Positions 40,659 to 50,671 of a DNA stretch of 64,000 bases are shown here, piece after piece. The notes below the pieces were generated by a model. It made no database searches. It was given only the letters and a program-made list of their open reading frames with translations, and was not told the origin of the DNA. Origin of the DNA: a virus; the IMG/VR virus record IMGVR_UViG_3300020048_000110. The stretch is one strand, 5' to 3'. The position numbers were made by a program, and so were the translations under genes. How positions within the stretch are numbered: the first letter of the stretch is position 1; every line of letters starts with the position of its first letter.

Positions 40659-42660
40659 CTTTATAAGTTTTTCCTATTTTATAATCAATCTCAATTGGAA
40701 CCGGTGGGTTAAACATTTTATTCAAGGAGGTTACACTATTTTTCAGTATCTCCATGTGCTTATCTACATCTTCCTCTTTACAATACCAAAAAGCCTCATC
40801 ATGCCATTGGCCTGAAATAGGAATACCCCTATCCATCAATATCCATAACCAAACATCAAAAATCTTCACACCAAAGTTTTGATTACAAGCTGAAAATCTA
40901 TCTTTATCATTCTTCAAGAATAACCATAGATTAGAGTACTCATTCCAAACCCAATTGGTAGTTTTAACTTCTACTAAACCTCCTGCTTTTTTATGTAACC
41001 TCATCCAGTTAGTGCCGTTTACTGACTTTACATTTCTAGTTTTAGCAAATTCTTTAACGGACCAATTCATATCCCAATAACCAGTGTGCAGTTTCTTAGC
41101 ATCTTTTAAGGGCATATCTGCAGACTCAGCTATCTTAGGAGCCCCGGCTCCATAAGTACAAGCATAATTAGTAGTTTTAGCAACAGCTCTCCTTTTATCT
41201 AAAGCATGATATAAATGATCCATTTCCTCTTCATTCATAGAAGTAATAGATTCTGGACAAACATAAGGATTATCTGCTTTAGATTTATTTTTGAACCATT
41301 TATAAAACTCTACTTCATCCTCAGTAAACATACCTGATTTTAATCCTAGAGCTAAGTGTGCATCCCAACCTTTTGTATTCATGGAATGTACATACTCAGG
41401 ATCTAAATTGTAGATAGAAATTTGCTTACATTTATCCTCTATAGAAGACAAATCTGCTCCGATACATACATAACCCTCAGGAGCTATCATAACGCCTCTT
41501 ACAAGCTCTCCATATTGTGCAGAAGGCTTAGGCAAGTTAACAAAAGGATTACTATGTTTTAATCTTAGTGTTCTTGTATAAGAATGTGCCCAAGCTTTAG
41601 CATAACCTTTTTCATCAGAGTTACTTAAAAATGCTTTAAGGTATCCAGATCTATGTTGTGCTACAGAAAGACCATCTAGTGCTTTTAATTCAGGATGCGT
41701 TTCAAATAGCTTCTGAATACTAGGGCATAGATTTTTATCATCATCCCTAAGTTGAGCAACTTTACCATTAGCACCATCTTTAAATATTGTAGGCTTCCAT
41801 CCTAGAGAAAGTAAAAAATCTTTCATTTGACTACTACTCTGACAATTTGGTTCATCGTATCCTAGAATAACTTCTATATCCTCAGTGTGTGTTTTAGGGA
41901 GGCCACAATGCTCTAGTAAGGTAATCCACTTTTCTCCATTTGTAGAAAGGGTACCGTCTTTTTTAAACATAACCTTTGGCATCGACTTTTTACCTTTTAT
42001 AGGGACTTTTGGAAGAATACCGTTTAGCTCTGTTTCTTTTTCTTTAATAATGTTTTCTAAAAAGTCTAAGTTTTTATTACACTGCTCTATATCAATAAGA
42101 ATAGGATTTTGATCTTGAGAAAAAAGAGTATTTGCTTTATGATTCAGATATTTTATAGTATTTATGATTTTAATATCATCATTATCATACAACTCTCTCA
42201 GATATTTTAACATCATTACCCAAAGGTTAGTATTAATCTTGACATCTTCTTCACATCTAACTTTATACTCCTCAAAAGACAGCCCTTGCCAATCTTTAAT
42301 CTTAGGTTTTGGCACACCAAAATATTCACCCCATGATTCAAGACCGTGCTTATCTCTTTCACTGTATAAATAATAACTTAATGCCAGAGTATCTATTATC
42401 TCAGCATTAAATTCTAAACCCATTTGTTTTAAAGCTGGTTTATCATAACAAATACCATTATGAAAAACTAAGATGTTATCTTTATTACCTATGATTTTTT
42501 GAATATCTTCTCTTTTATTGGTACTAATAATAGTCCATTTACCTTCTTTATTTTTATAAGAGCAAGATAGTACATGTAAATCATCAAAAGACTTGATTAC
42601 ATCTAAAAAACCTTTGGTCTCAATATCCGCTACATAAACACTATCTAAATTATAACTCAT
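40648..42660 (-). CDS. DNA polymerase, family A (Pol I / T7-like), with a 3'-5' exonuclease domain
   Basis: Exo I VADIETKG, Exo II VFHNGICYD, Pol motif A GADLSSIEDK, motif B RRAVAKTTNYACTYGAG, motif C QWHDEAF. Confidence 0.85.
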   Translation of the reverse strand: MSYNLDSVYVADIETKGFLDVIKSFDDLHVLSCSYKNKEGKWTIISTNKREDIQKIIGNKDNILVFHNGICYDKPALKQMGLEFNAEIIDTLALSYYLYSERDKHGLESWGEYFGVPKPKIKDWQGLSFEEYKVRCEEDVKINTNLWVMMLKYLRELYDNDDIKIINTIKYLNHKANTLFSQDQNPILIDIEQCNKNLDFLENIIKEKETELNGILPKVPIKGKKSMPKVMFKKDGTLSTNGEKWITLLEHCGLPKTHTEDIEVILGYDEPNCQSSSQMKDFLLSLGWKPTIFKDGANGKVAQLRDDDKNLCPSIQKLFETHPELKALDGLSVAQHRSGYLKAFLSNSDEKGYAKAWAHSYTRTLRLKHSNPFVNLPKPSAQYGELVRGVMIAPEGYVCIGADLSSIEDKCKQISIYNLDPEYVHSMNTKGWDAHLALGLKSGMFTEDEVEFYKWFKNKSKADNPYVCPESITSMNEEEMDHLYHALDKRRAVAKTTNYACTYGAGAPKIAESADMPLKDAKKLHTGYWDMNWSVKEFAKTRNVKSVNGTNWMRLHKKAGGLVEVKTTNWVWNEYSNLWLFLKNDKDRFSACNQNFGVKIFDVWLWILMDRGIPISGQWHDEAFWYCKEEDVDKHMEILKNSVTSLNKMFNPPVPIEIDYKIGKTYKDVH

Positions 42661-42666
42661 ACTTTT

Positions 42667-42840
42667 TTATTTTATTAAATTTTTAAAGAGTTTATAAAAC
42701 TCTACTTTATTCCTTACATACCTTCTGCCACTCTCTAGAGAAATGTAAATAATACATTCTTCCCATTCTCTAGTTTGTGGATTCTTCATCTCCGCTTCTT
42801 CTACAATGTAATAATCTTTTGACTTGTATGTATATTTCAT
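42667..42840 (-). CDS. Small hypothetical protein. The ORF track extends it to 42876; a start at the internal MKYTYK avoids overlap
   Basis: The downstream Met gives a tight junction with the next gene. Confidence 0.35.
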   Translation of the reverse strand: MKYTYKSKDYYIVEEAEMKNPQTREWEECIIYISLESGRRYVRNKVEFYKLFKNLIK

Positions 42841-42841
42841 A

Positions 42842-43126
42842 TTACTTACAAAAAACCTTGAGTGTAGTTCCACCATCTTGGTATTGGAGCTCTACCTCTG
42901 TTGCAAAACGGTTTGTGTATGCTCTACCATTATATGGGGGGGAGTGTTGTATTAATTCTACCCTAGAAACTTTTTCAGCAGCTTTTAGAGCCATCTCAAA
43001 GCCTCTCATATAACCTTCACGAAAATCCCTTTCTCTTCTCTTTTCGATTATTTTATTTAAGAATTCACTTTCCTGCCAAGTTTCTTTCCAATTATCAAAC
43101 TCTTCGTTTATTGCTATATATTCCAT
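42842..43126 (-). CDS. Hypothetical protein, 94 aa
   Basis: ORF. Confidence 0.45.
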   Translation of the reverse strand: MEYIAINEEFDNWKETWQESEFLNKIIEKRRERDFREGYMRGFEMALKAAEKVSRVELIQHSPPYNGRAYTNRFATEVELQYQDGGTTLKVFCK

Positions 43127-43851
43127 TATTTTTTAATTATATTTTCAGTTATTAAAATAGTTCTTACTTTTTGTACTAATTCTTCTATTGTACCATCGTT
43201 ATTTATTGTGTAATCAAAATCAGCTTTATCAAGAGATGTTTCTGATGGATGTAATCTTGCAATATTTTTACTCTTTTCAACAGGTCTTGTTACCCTAATG
43301 GTAATACCCCCTCTTTTAACTATGGCTTCCATCTCATTTGGAAATCTCAAATCCGTAATGATCCAACTAGGGTATTCTCTATATTTAGGATTATATTTAT
43401 CTTCTTTAGAAACAGGAATCATTTTTCCACCAATACATTTATAATCAGCAAACAAAGCATTTACCCAAACATTTATATGTAAACCATCACGCATTGCATC
43501 TGTACCAAGCTTTTGTAGAAATTCTCTATATGTCATTTTATGATGATGGTCGACTTTTCCAATACCTTCTAAAAGAGTACTATTAAAATAATCCCACTCT
43601 TCTCCCATATTAAGTTTCTTAAACTCTTGATCTTCAAAACTTTCTGTATCAATTCCTGTGAGAAGTGAAGCAGTTTGTTTTAACTTTCCAGCAAACTTCT
43701 TAATTTCAAAGTTGGGGCCTTCATTTGTAGCACACAGCTTTTGAATAATCTCTCCTACGGTATCTTTACCTGACCCGATCCTACCACTAATCCCAAAGAG
43801 ATTAGGTGGATAACTTCTGTTCTGTTTTTCCATGCTGTTAATTTTTAACAA
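43126..43851 (-). CDS. P-loop nucleotide kinase, dNMP-kinase-like
   Basis: GISGRIGSGKDT matches the GxxGxGKDT Walker A typical of T4 gp1-type dNMP kinases. Confidence 0.5.
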   Translation of the reverse strand: MLKINSMEKQNRSYPPNLFGISGRIGSGKDTVGEIIQKLCATNEGPNFEIKKFAGKLKQTASLLTGIDTESFEDQEFKKLNMGEEWDYFNSTLLEGIGKVDHHHKMTYREFLQKLGTDAMRDGLHINVWVNALFADYKCIGGKMIPVSKEDKYNPKYREYPSWIITDLRFPNEMEAIVKRGGITIRVTRPVEKSKNIARLHPSETSLDKADFDYTINNDGTIEELVQKVRTILITENIIKK

Positions 43852-43954
43852 AGATATAAATAAGTTTTTGTTACTGCAAGTTTTTGTTCAAAAATTTAAC
43901 TAATTTTTTTAATCTATTTTTTATTCATAATTTTGTGAACAAATAAATTATGCT

Positions 43955-44404
43955 ATGTGTGATAAAATAAATTGCTCAAAATGTGGGCTAGACAAAGAAA
44001 AAGGCTTTTTTAGGAAAAGGCCATCATTAAAAAGAGGATACCAGTCTTGGTGTAAAGATTGTGAAAGTTTTGCTAGTAAATCTAGATATATCCCAAAACC
44101 TAAAAAAGAGGTCATAGAAAAAGAAAAAAAACTCTCCGAAAAAAAGAGGCAATTAAAGATAAGATATGATTTGTCTTATGAAGAATACTTGTTAATGTAT
44201 GAAAAGCAAGAAGAAAAATGCCTAATATGTGAAAAAAATAAAGTATTAGGTACTAAAAAAGGGTTATTTGTTGACCATTGTCATACTACAGGTAGAGTTA
44301 GAGGATTACTATGCTCTAGATGTAATACTTTACTTGGTTATATAGAAAACAGTGATAATATATTAGATAACATAAAAAAATACTTAACAAAAAAACCCGA
44401 CTAA
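43955..44404 (+). CDS. Endonuclease VII-like (T4 gp49 family, HNH-related) nuclease
   Basis: CLICEKNKVLGTKKGLFVDHCHTTGRVRGLLCSRCNTLLG matches the DH.H...G.VRGLLC..CN..LG signature. It is the only + strand gene inside the - array. Confidence 0.75.
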   Translation: MCDKINCSKCGLDKEKGFFRKRPSLKRGYQSWCKDCESFASKSRYIPKPKKEVIEKEKKLSEKKRQLKIRYDLSYEEYLLMYEKQEEKCLICEKNKVLGTKKGLFVDHCHTTGRVRGLLCSRCNTLLGYIENSDNILDNIKKYLTKKPD

Positions 44405-44417
44405 GTTAATAGCCGGG
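44389..44417 (-). terminator. Rho-independent terminator on the - strand after the helicase gene. It overlaps the 3' end of the + strand nuclease gene
   Basis: cccgact / agccggg stem (6 of 7 bp) with a T-run on the - strand. Confidence 0.4.
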
Positions 44418-44464
44418 CTTACAATATAATGCACAATAAAGTAGACTGGTTTATTACCACTTTA

Positions 44465-45577
44465 TTAAAACGGAGCATTTTCATCTCCAAAAGCATCTTG
44501 AAGAGTACCTAATGGAACAGGAGCCTCTACTTCTACAACCATAGGTTTAGCAAATAAATCAGAAGGTATTTCATATACTCTTTTAGGAGCATCTGATTCT
44601 TCAGGTATATCTCTATATTTCTCTTTATCTTTAACACCTACATCTTCTATAAAGATATCTTTGAACATAACATCTGACTCCCTGCTCTTTAACACTATAT
44701 AAAACATTTTGCCTAGAGTATCAAAAGAAGCTTTTCCATTCTTCTCTTCACAGAAATGCTTTTCTAGATAATCATAAGCTTCAGAGTTAACTCTAGAGAA
44801 TTGTTTAATACCAAGTCTATATGGATTATGACAAACATAAAGATAGTCAGAGATAAAGAACATCGAGTCTGATTGGAAAATATCGGATCTATTTGGCATA
44901 GCATTTATATCCTTATCTTTTATTCTCCCTAGAATATTTCTATTCATCTGAGTTAAAACAATCCAATAAGTATTTGGGTACAGTTTCTTTAACCGGTTTA
45001 TGATCTCAATAATATTATCAACCGTATTTTTCTTCTCTCCATTTTCATCCATAGCTAAAGCAATGTGGTCAATAGATATAAATACAGCTTTTTTATCTTT
45101 GTGGTTGTCTAAAAACTCTCTGGCCTCTCTCTCGAATACCTTTGGAGTTATAGTTTCTTCGTTTATAAAAAATCTACCATCAGATAAATTATCAGAATAG
45201 TTTTTAACTAACTCTTTTTCTTCTTCTGTAAACTCTTTTGTAAGAATCTCTTTTTTAGTCTTTTTTAAATCTCTGTTTAGATCACGTAAGATATTAGACA
45301 TGAAACGCATCTCCCAAGCATAGTCTAACCATATATATTCTTCAGCTTCTTCATTCTTCTCTACATTCATTACAAAGTTTTTAACTCTTTGTACTTCAAA
45401 TGATTTACCACCACCACTCGCTCCAGCTATTGTAGTAATATCTCCCGGAAGAAGTCCTCCAAAAATATCATCTAACCATTCTCTGCCAGTCTTAACAGGT
45501 TTGTTTTTACCTAATTGATATTTTTTTAAGTCTTTAAATGACTGTAATGCTACTTCTCCTAAAGGTCTAATCGCCAT
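44465..45577 (-). CDS. DnaB / gp4-like replicative helicase, RecA-fold C-terminal domain
   Basis: KTGREWLDDIFGGLLPGDITTIAGASGGGKS matches the DnaB pattern TG...LD...GGL..G.L..IA..P..GKT. Confidence 0.6.
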   Translation of the reverse strand: MAIRPLGEVALQSFKDLKKYQLGKNKPVKTGREWLDDIFGGLLPGDITTIAGASGGGKSFEVQRVKNFVMNVEKNEEAEEYIWLDYAWEMRFMSNILRDLNRDLKKTKKEILTKEFTEEEKELVKNYSDNLSDGRFFINEETITPKVFEREAREFLDNHKDKKAVFISIDHIALAMDENGEKKNTVDNIIEIINRLKKLYPNTYWIVLTQMNRNILGRIKDKDINAMPNRSDIFQSDSMFFISDYLYVCHNPYRLGIKQFSRVNSEAYDYLEKHFCEEKNGKASFDTLGKMFYIVLKSRESDVMFKDIFIEDVGVKDKEKYRDIPEESDAPKRVYEIPSDLFAKPMVVEVEAPVPLGTLQDAFGDENAPF

Positions 45578-46166
45578 CTTGTTCTATTTTTGCAAATTTG
45601 TTATCAAAATCTTCTTGGTATTTAATATAGTACTGATATAATCTAGACTGCTCTAAATCAAATCTTACTGAAAAGCTATTACTAGGTTTAAAAAATAAAT
45701 ACTCTAACCTTTTAGACCACTCAAATTGACTACTGTCATTCATGAATGTCTTACAGAGAAGAGCTAATTTATTTCTATCAATACCTGAGTTAGCCCTAAA
45801 CAAAGAAACATAAAGTTTAGTCTTCTTCCTGTTACCAAGTTCTTTACCCTCTTTTTTATAAGTAGCTTCTAGCCAATTATAAAGCTTTAAATCATCTTCG
45901 TTAATCTCAGGAACTTGTAGGTCTTCTAATAAATCATGCCCTTTAGAACTTAGTCTAATTCTATTCTGTATAGAATCTCTTTTGTTTTTAGCTTTTATTA
46001 ATACCACAAGTCCCCGATCTTGATAACTATCTAAAGTACCTAAACTAATACTCTCAGTTATAATCTCCTCTAGACTTTCATTCTTATTCTGGGAAATAAG
46101 TTGTAAGTTAACTACATCTGTCAATGTTAACTCTTTCTTTTTTACAAGATCAAAATTTATATACAT
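45567..46166 (-). CDS. Hypothetical protein, 199 aa
   Basis: ORF. Confidence 0.45.
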   Translation of the reverse strand: MYINFDLVKKKELTLTDVVNLQLISQNKNESLEEIITESISLGTLDSYQDRGLVVLIKAKNKRDSIQNRIRLSSKGHDLLEDLQVPEINEDDLKLYNWLEATYKKEGKELGNRKKTKLYVSLFRANSGIDRNKLALLCKTFMNDSSQFEWSKRLEYLFFKPSNSFSVRFDLEQSRLYQYYIKYQEDFDNKFAKIEQDGD

Positions 46167-46316
46167 ACAATTAAATATTTTTTATAATCCAATAAATACC
46201 ATATATTTCAATTGCTATAAGCAACAAATATGGAATTATCATTAATACTGTTTTTGCTAATCTTTTTGCTCGGTAAAGGTACAACTTATTTTTCACTTAA
46301 TATAATTAAATTTTAT

Positions 46317-46808
46317 TTATTTTCCAGTACTACCATACCCACCATTTCCACGCTCTGTAGAAGATAATTCTGGAACCTCTTCAAACGTTATTTGAGGGTA
46401 AGGCATAATGATAATTTGACCAACCCTATCACCTACTTCATACGCATCAATACTGTAGGTATTAATACCTTGTACTTTTGAATTTTCCTCGTGAGAAACA
46501 AGGTCTGATTTAAAGTCATAAAATTTAGCAGTCGGTTTAAATTTAAACATTACTTCCCCTCTATAGCCACTATCAATCACACCTACTGAATTAGTCAGGG
46601 TCAATCCTTTTTTAGCATTAGAGCTTCTAGGAAACAACAAACCTACATAACCTTCTGGAATCTCGAAAGCTAATCCTGTTCCATAGACTATATTTCCATC
46701 TGAGTCAAATATTTTACTGGTACAAGTAAGATCTTGTCCAGCATCTCCTGGTTTTCCATAAGCAGGTACTACTGCATTTTCTAATAATTTTTTTACTTTT
46801 ACTTCCAT
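46317..46808 (-). CDS. dut: dUTP pyrophosphatase
   Basis: DAGQDL (motif AGxDL) and GVIDSGYRGEV (dUTPase motif III). Confidence 0.85.
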   Translation of the reverse strand: MEVKVKKLLENAVVPAYGKPGDAGQDLTCTSKIFDSDGNIVYGTGLAFEIPEGYVGLLFPRSSNAKKGLTLTNSVGVIDSGYRGEVMFKFKPTAKFYDFKSDLVSHEENSKVQGINTYSIDAYEVGDRVGQIIIMPYPQITFEEVPELSSTERGNGGYGSTGK

Positions 46809-46809
46809 C

Positions 46810-47235
46810 TTAGATTATTTTTTTTTCTATTAATAATTGTTCTACTTTTTCCCAATCTACAAAAGGTCTATGTGAGATGCTTGTATCATACTTCAATGGA
46901 CAGCCAAGAGCTGAATCATCAATCATTAACTCTGCATAACTTTTAGGACTCTCTGTCCAATTATGTTGGTCCGGATTAGACTGTACACCGTATAAAGGAA
47001 TATCATTGTCTATAAACCATTGTATTGCATCATTCAAGAATGTACCCTTTGTATCTGGTGTTATATGCTCACCAATACTTTTAAATGTGATCCTGTTACT
47101 TCTCATAGTAAAAAGGATTAATTGGTGTCCAGCACGAACTAACTTTTTTAACACAGGTGCTGCACCTATGCTATTACCAATCTTTGGAAAACTATGTGTT
47201 ACACAAGTTCCATCAAAATCTATGTTTATTGTCAT
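46810..47235 (-). CDS. HAD-superfamily phosphatase / 5'-nucleotidase-like protein
   Basis: N-terminal INIDFDGT matches the HAD motif I DxDGT. Confidence 0.4.
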   Translation of the reverse strand: MTINIDFDGTCVTHSFPKIGNSIGAAPVLKKLVRAGHQLILFTMRSNRITFKSIGEHITPDTKGTFLNDAIQWFIDNDIPLYGVQSNPDQHNWTESPKSYAELMIDDSALGCPLKYDTSISHRPFVDWEKVEQLLIEKKII

Positions 47236-47257
47236 ATAATTTAATTTTTTTGCAAAG

Positions 47258-47431
47258 TTAAGAATTACTTTTTAGTTCCACAAGCTTTTCTTCTAAAACT
47301 TTTATTTCTTTTTCTAGAGCAAAGATTCTCTGGTTATCAAAATGAGATTTACCCATTTTTGGCTGGTTTAAAAAAGACAGTTCTGATTTCAAATGATTTA
47401 ATCTATCTCTTACTGTTTTGATGCTATCCAT
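47258..47431 (-). CDS. Small coiled-coil-like ORF of 57 aa, not in the ORF track
   Basis: MDSIKTVRDRLNHLKSELSF... fills an otherwise empty 170-nt gap. Its start overlaps the 3' end of the upstream gene by 22 nt. Confidence 0.3.
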   Translation of the reverse strand: MDSIKTVRDRLNHLKSELSFLNQPKMGKSHFDNQRIFALEKEIKVLEEKLVELKSNS

Positions 47432-47925
47432 TCTTCAAATTTATGTTTAAATTTAGTTTCTTCTTTTACCAATGGTAATAACAATCTCATTCTACCTTTA
47501 GCAGAAGCCCAAGCATTTGGGAACTCATCCTCTAACTTCTCGAATTCATGACTGTATAACAACTGATCAAACCTTGTATGCTCATCTAAAGTCAAGTAAA
47601 CAAAGTTTGTTAAATTACTCTGTACACTTGGGTGCCGGGCCTTATCAAAAAGATGACAACAGTTAGCTCTAGTAGGGATAACAATAGGAAAACCACTTTC
47701 TTGTGAACTGCTACAATTAGCTATGTGGTACTCAAAGTAAGTATCTCGTATCTCAGATTGCGATTTACGATATAGTTTGTTCTTTTCAGTTTGTTTCTTA
47801 ATAGTAGAACCCCTTTTAAGGGGCTTACTGTCTTCTATTGTCGCACAGTTTTTACAACGTTTTTTTGAGAACCAAGGTTGGTCATCTCTTCCACAAGATG
47901 TACATTTTTTACATTTTTGTAACAT
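47410..47925 (-). CDS. Cys-rich zinc-ribbon-like protein, 171 aa
   Basis: N-terminal CKKCTSCG...CKNC, then ANCCHLFDKARH. Confidence 0.4.
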   Translation of the reverse strand: MLQKCKKCTSCGRDDQPWFSKKRCKNCATIEDSKPLKRGSTIKKQTEKNKLYRKSQSEIRDTYFEYHIANCSSSQESGFPIVIPTRANCCHLFDKARHPSVQSNLTNFVYLTLDEHTRFDQLLYSHEFEKLEDEFPNAWASAKGRMRLLLPLVKEETKFKHKFEEWIASKQ

Positions 47926-48997
47926 TATCTACTATGTATCTGTAAGGAATAAATCCTTTAAAGTTATTACACCAACCTAAAGCTTTTTCTTCACAAGCTC
48001 CACTTAAAGGAGTATAGCCAGTCATTGCAGCAAACTCAGTCTGGAATTCTCTATCATTTATAAGATTAATTTTTCCTTTAATATTGCCCCTATATTCATC
48101 TTCACTCATAGCTCTAGCACAATGCTCTAAAGGAGAGCTATGAGGAGGGTCCCAAGCAAGAAGTCTATCATGTAAGCCTATTAAAGCATGAGCATTAAGC
48201 TCTTTTTCTTCTCCTACTACAGTATAAGAAGTTCTAGCTGCCATAGCTACAGACATAAAAACTTTATCTTCTGTAGTACACTTTTCTTTATAATCTAACC
48301 CATCATCAGTATATGCTACTTTTAAAGTAGGTAATTTATTTTCAAAAGGAATATGCCACTCTTCAGCTTTTAATACTTTAGGAGTACTTTCATTATAAGC
48401 ATCATAAATCTTTTCAGCTAAGTCCATAATGTGAATTTCAGCTTGACCTTTATTAATATTTCTTAATTCTTCTATGTTCCAGTCTCTTCCTGTAGCTTTA
48501 GATAAATCTATTGCAGATTTAAAAATACCATTACCCATAACATACTGAGGGCATCTTAAATTAAAGAAATTATCCCAACCTGATTTAGGTCCTGTAATTA
48601 ACATAGTAGTCCACATAAAAGGTTCTAACAATCTGTTAGCTAATTGCTTAGTTACTCCTGTTTCAGTTAAAAATTTAGCAGAAGATATAGCTTGTTCTCT
48701 TGCTCTTAACCAATCTTGTTTAAGACTTTCTACATTTTCACCCTCAAAATACTCAGTACCTTGCATACCTGAGTGTGCTTTTTGCCATGCAATAGGAATA
48801 AAAGTATCATTCTGGACAGATTCTACCATTTTAGCAAATGGAATAGCTCTTGAGCTAGATGTGTTCTTAGAAAGCATCCTGTGAGTATTTACCTCAGCTA
48901 AGATAATTCTAGGAAATGTAGCAAGGACTGAGATTAACTCATCTCCTTGTGTGTTTACAGAGTGTGCCACTATTTTGGCATTAATTGTTGTTTTCAT
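47909..48997 (-). CDS. thyX: Flavin-dependent thymidylate synthase
   Basis: NTHRMLSKNTSSSRA matches the ThyX signature RHRxxSxxxxSxR(Y). Confidence 0.65.
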   Translation of the reverse strand: MKTTINAKIVAHSVNTQGDELISVLATFPRIILAEVNTHRMLSKNTSSSRAIPFAKMVESVQNDTFIPIAWQKAHSGMQGTEYFEGENVESLKQDWLRAREQAISSAKFLTETGVTKQLANRLLEPFMWTTMLITGPKSGWDNFFNLRCPQYVMGNGIFKSAIDLSKATGRDWNIEELRNINKGQAEIHIMDLAEKIYDAYNESTPKVLKAEEWHIPFENKLPTLKVAYTDDGLDYKEKCTTEDKVFMSVAMAARTSYTVVGEEKELNAHALIGLHDRLLAWDPPHSSPLEHCARAMSEDEYRGNIKGKINLINDREFQTEFAAMTGYTPLSGACEEKALGWCNNFKGFIPYRYIVDNVTKM

Positions 48998-49164
48998 TTT
49001 TTAAACGGGTTTTTCTTTCCTAAGTACTTACTTTTTACTCCTTTATTTTTCTCAAACCTCTCTTTGGCTCTTAAAGCATTTCTCTCTGTTTTACCATCTC
49101 CAAATTCAACTTTGTCTTTTTGGGATTGTGTATTATCCATATCGTGTCTTAAATCTACTCTCAT
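48994..49164 (-). CDS. Small basic ORF of 56 aa, not in the ORF track. Its stop overlaps the thyX start as ATGA
   Basis: MRVDLRHDMDNTQSQKDKVEFGDGKTERNALRAKERFEKNKGVKSKYLGKKNPFKK fills the gap. TGA at 48996-48994 overlaps the ATG at 48997-48995. Confidence 0.35.
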   Translation of the reverse strand: MRVDLRHDMDNTQSQKDKVEFGDGKTERNALRAKERFEKNKGVKSKYLGKKNPFKK

Positions 49165-49169
49165 ACTAT

Positions 49170-49352
49170 TTACTCTTTTTTATCATCTTCAATATACGCA
49201 AAAACAATTGCACAAACTAAAGCCCATAACCAAGAAAGTAAATTCCAGTATAGAGGAATTCTTTTATTTGTGTATTTTTGGTGGTTACCGTACTCTGATA
49301 AAAGTAGGGCCACGGTTACTCCAGAAAGGTAAATTAAAATTGTAGTTAACAT
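49170..49352 (-). CDS. Small membrane protein. The ORF track gives 49170-49424; the internal Met start avoids a 70-nt overlap
   Basis: MLTTILIYLSGVTVALLL... has one or two TM segments. Confidence 0.4.
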   Translation of the reverse strand: MLTTILIYLSGVTVALLLSEYGNHQKYTNKRIPLYWNLLSWLWALVCAIVFAYIEDDKKE

Positions 49353-49353
49353 A

Positions 49354-49536
49354 TTACTCTGATTTAGGTGTTCTCTTTTTATAAGTTCTCTTTTTCTTCT
49401 TTGCAGGAACCTCTTCTGCATCAATCACTTCAATAGATTCTACAGTATCATCAATACGATAAGATCTAACTATAGCAACGATTAAAAATAAAAATAGTGC
49501 TATACTCAGTATAACTTCAAAAATTGTTTGTATCAT
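49354..49536 (-). CDS. Small single-pass membrane protein with a Lys-rich tail, 60 aa
   Basis: IFEVILSIALFLFLIVAIV is a TM segment. The C-terminal KKKKRTYKKRTPK is basic. Confidence 0.45.
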   Translation of the reverse strand: MIQTIFEVILSIALFLFLIVAIVRSYRIDDTVESIEVIDAEEVPAKKKKRTYKKRTPKSE

Positions 49537-49555
49537 AGTATTTAATTTATTTGTT

Positions 49556-49669
49556 TAAAAGCCAGTAGTTTGAAAAAGGATTCTGGCAACCTCTCAATAT
49601 TAGTAAAAATAGAATTGTTATTATGACAGCAGTGATAATACTATCTGTTATTTTTTGACGATCTTTCAT
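49556..49669 (-). CDS. Tiny TM peptide of 37 aa, not in the ORF track
   Basis: MKDRQKITDSIITAVIITILFLLILRGCQNPFSNYWLL. Its ATG lies 2 nt after the upstream stop. Confidence 0.3.
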
Positions 49670-49671
49670 GA

Positions 49672-50037
49672 TTAAACTCTAAACTCTACATAATCATCCT
49701 GTATGTATATTCTAAACTTATTTACATAAAGACGAAGTATTACAATCTTACCAGTGTTTTCTTTAATACACTCTACTATCTGGTAACTATCTCCATTTTC
49801 ATCTGTACCTTTTTCGGAGTTAGAAATTTGAAAATAACGTACAGTAGCTTCGTTAACATTTACTATTATCTCCCCCCTACCACCGGGATGAAATATAACA
49901 ACAGTTTTAGACTCTTCAAAATCAGTTTTTACACCTTCTATCTCTGTAACAAATCCTTTATAGACTTGTACAGAAGTGTCGTTCTGACAAAAAACTTGAC
50001 TGCTAACTAATAGCAGTACTAAAATTAATTTCTTCAT
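49672..50037 (-). CDS. Secreted protein with an N-terminal signal peptide, 121 aa
   Basis: MKKLILVLLLVSSQVFCQ signal-like N-terminus. Confidence 0.45.
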   Translation of the reverse strand: MKKLILVLLLVSSQVFCQNDTSVQVYKGFVTEIEGVKTDFEESKTVVIFHPGGRGEIIVNVNEATVRYFQISNSEKGTDENGDSYQIVECIKENTGKIVILRLYVNKFRIYIQDDYVEFRV

Positions 50038-50098
50038 ATCTTATATATTTTTTTCAAAGGTAATACAATAATTTGAATAATCCTAGTACTTACTAAAA

Positions 50099-50671
50099 TT
50101 ATTTTATTGTTACGTTAATTTTATTCTTAATCCTATCATCTACAGAGCTATCTACTGTTGCACTAGACCTAGTAGGATTTAATTTCCAAAACTCATGCCT
50201 AATAACTTGTATAAGATTAAATGCTTCTCTACAAGATTCATCAACTTTATCATTATAGATACCCCAACTACCATTTGTACCAACAGAACGATCTTGTATT
50301 AAATGATTTCTAGCATCTGTAAACATTACATCTGCTACATCTCTAATATGATGGTATTTACTATAATCAGTTGATAGTTCAACATCTTTTAGTTTTTTCC
50401 ATTCTGTTTTATCACACCATCCACCTTTCTTTTTATCAATAGAACCATTAATTAATGCTTTACCATCTTTAATTTCAAGTATATTACCTTGTGGTGTTCT
50501 ATCACCCACTTCTGGTGTTTTGTCTGGGGCACACACTTTATACAAATGATTTTCAAATGTAGGATGTTCTTTAATTACAGTAAATTGTCCTATACCTACT
50601 CTACTATAAAAGTCTAAAGCTCTTTGGATTAATTGTAATTGTTCTTTGTTACATTCTATTGTACAGTCCAT
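50099..50671 (-). CDS. Hypothetical protein, 190 aa
   Basis: ORF. Confidence 0.45.
   Translation of the reverse strand: MDCTIECNKEQLQLIQRALDFYSRVGIGQFTVIKEHPTFENHLYKVCAPDKTPEVGDRTPQGNILEIKDGKALINGSIDKKKGGWCDKTEWKKLKDVELSTDYSKYHHIRDVADVMFTDARNHLIQDRSVGTNGSWGIYNDKVDESCREAFNLIQVIRHEFWKLNPTRSSATVDSSVDDRIKNKINVTIK

Noticed and set aside
41885-42373. Short + strand ORFs (75 and 69 aa) inside the DNA polymerase gene. Similar antisense ORFs occur at 45000-45200, 47006-47239, 47777-47980, 48947-49345, 49828-50010, 51610-51798, 55662-55847, 60548-60736, 61062-61262, 61290-61475, 61698-62066, 62578-62946 and 63322-63663
   Set aside because: They are embedded antisense to well-supported genes. They are typical AT-rich spurious frames and none has conserved motifs
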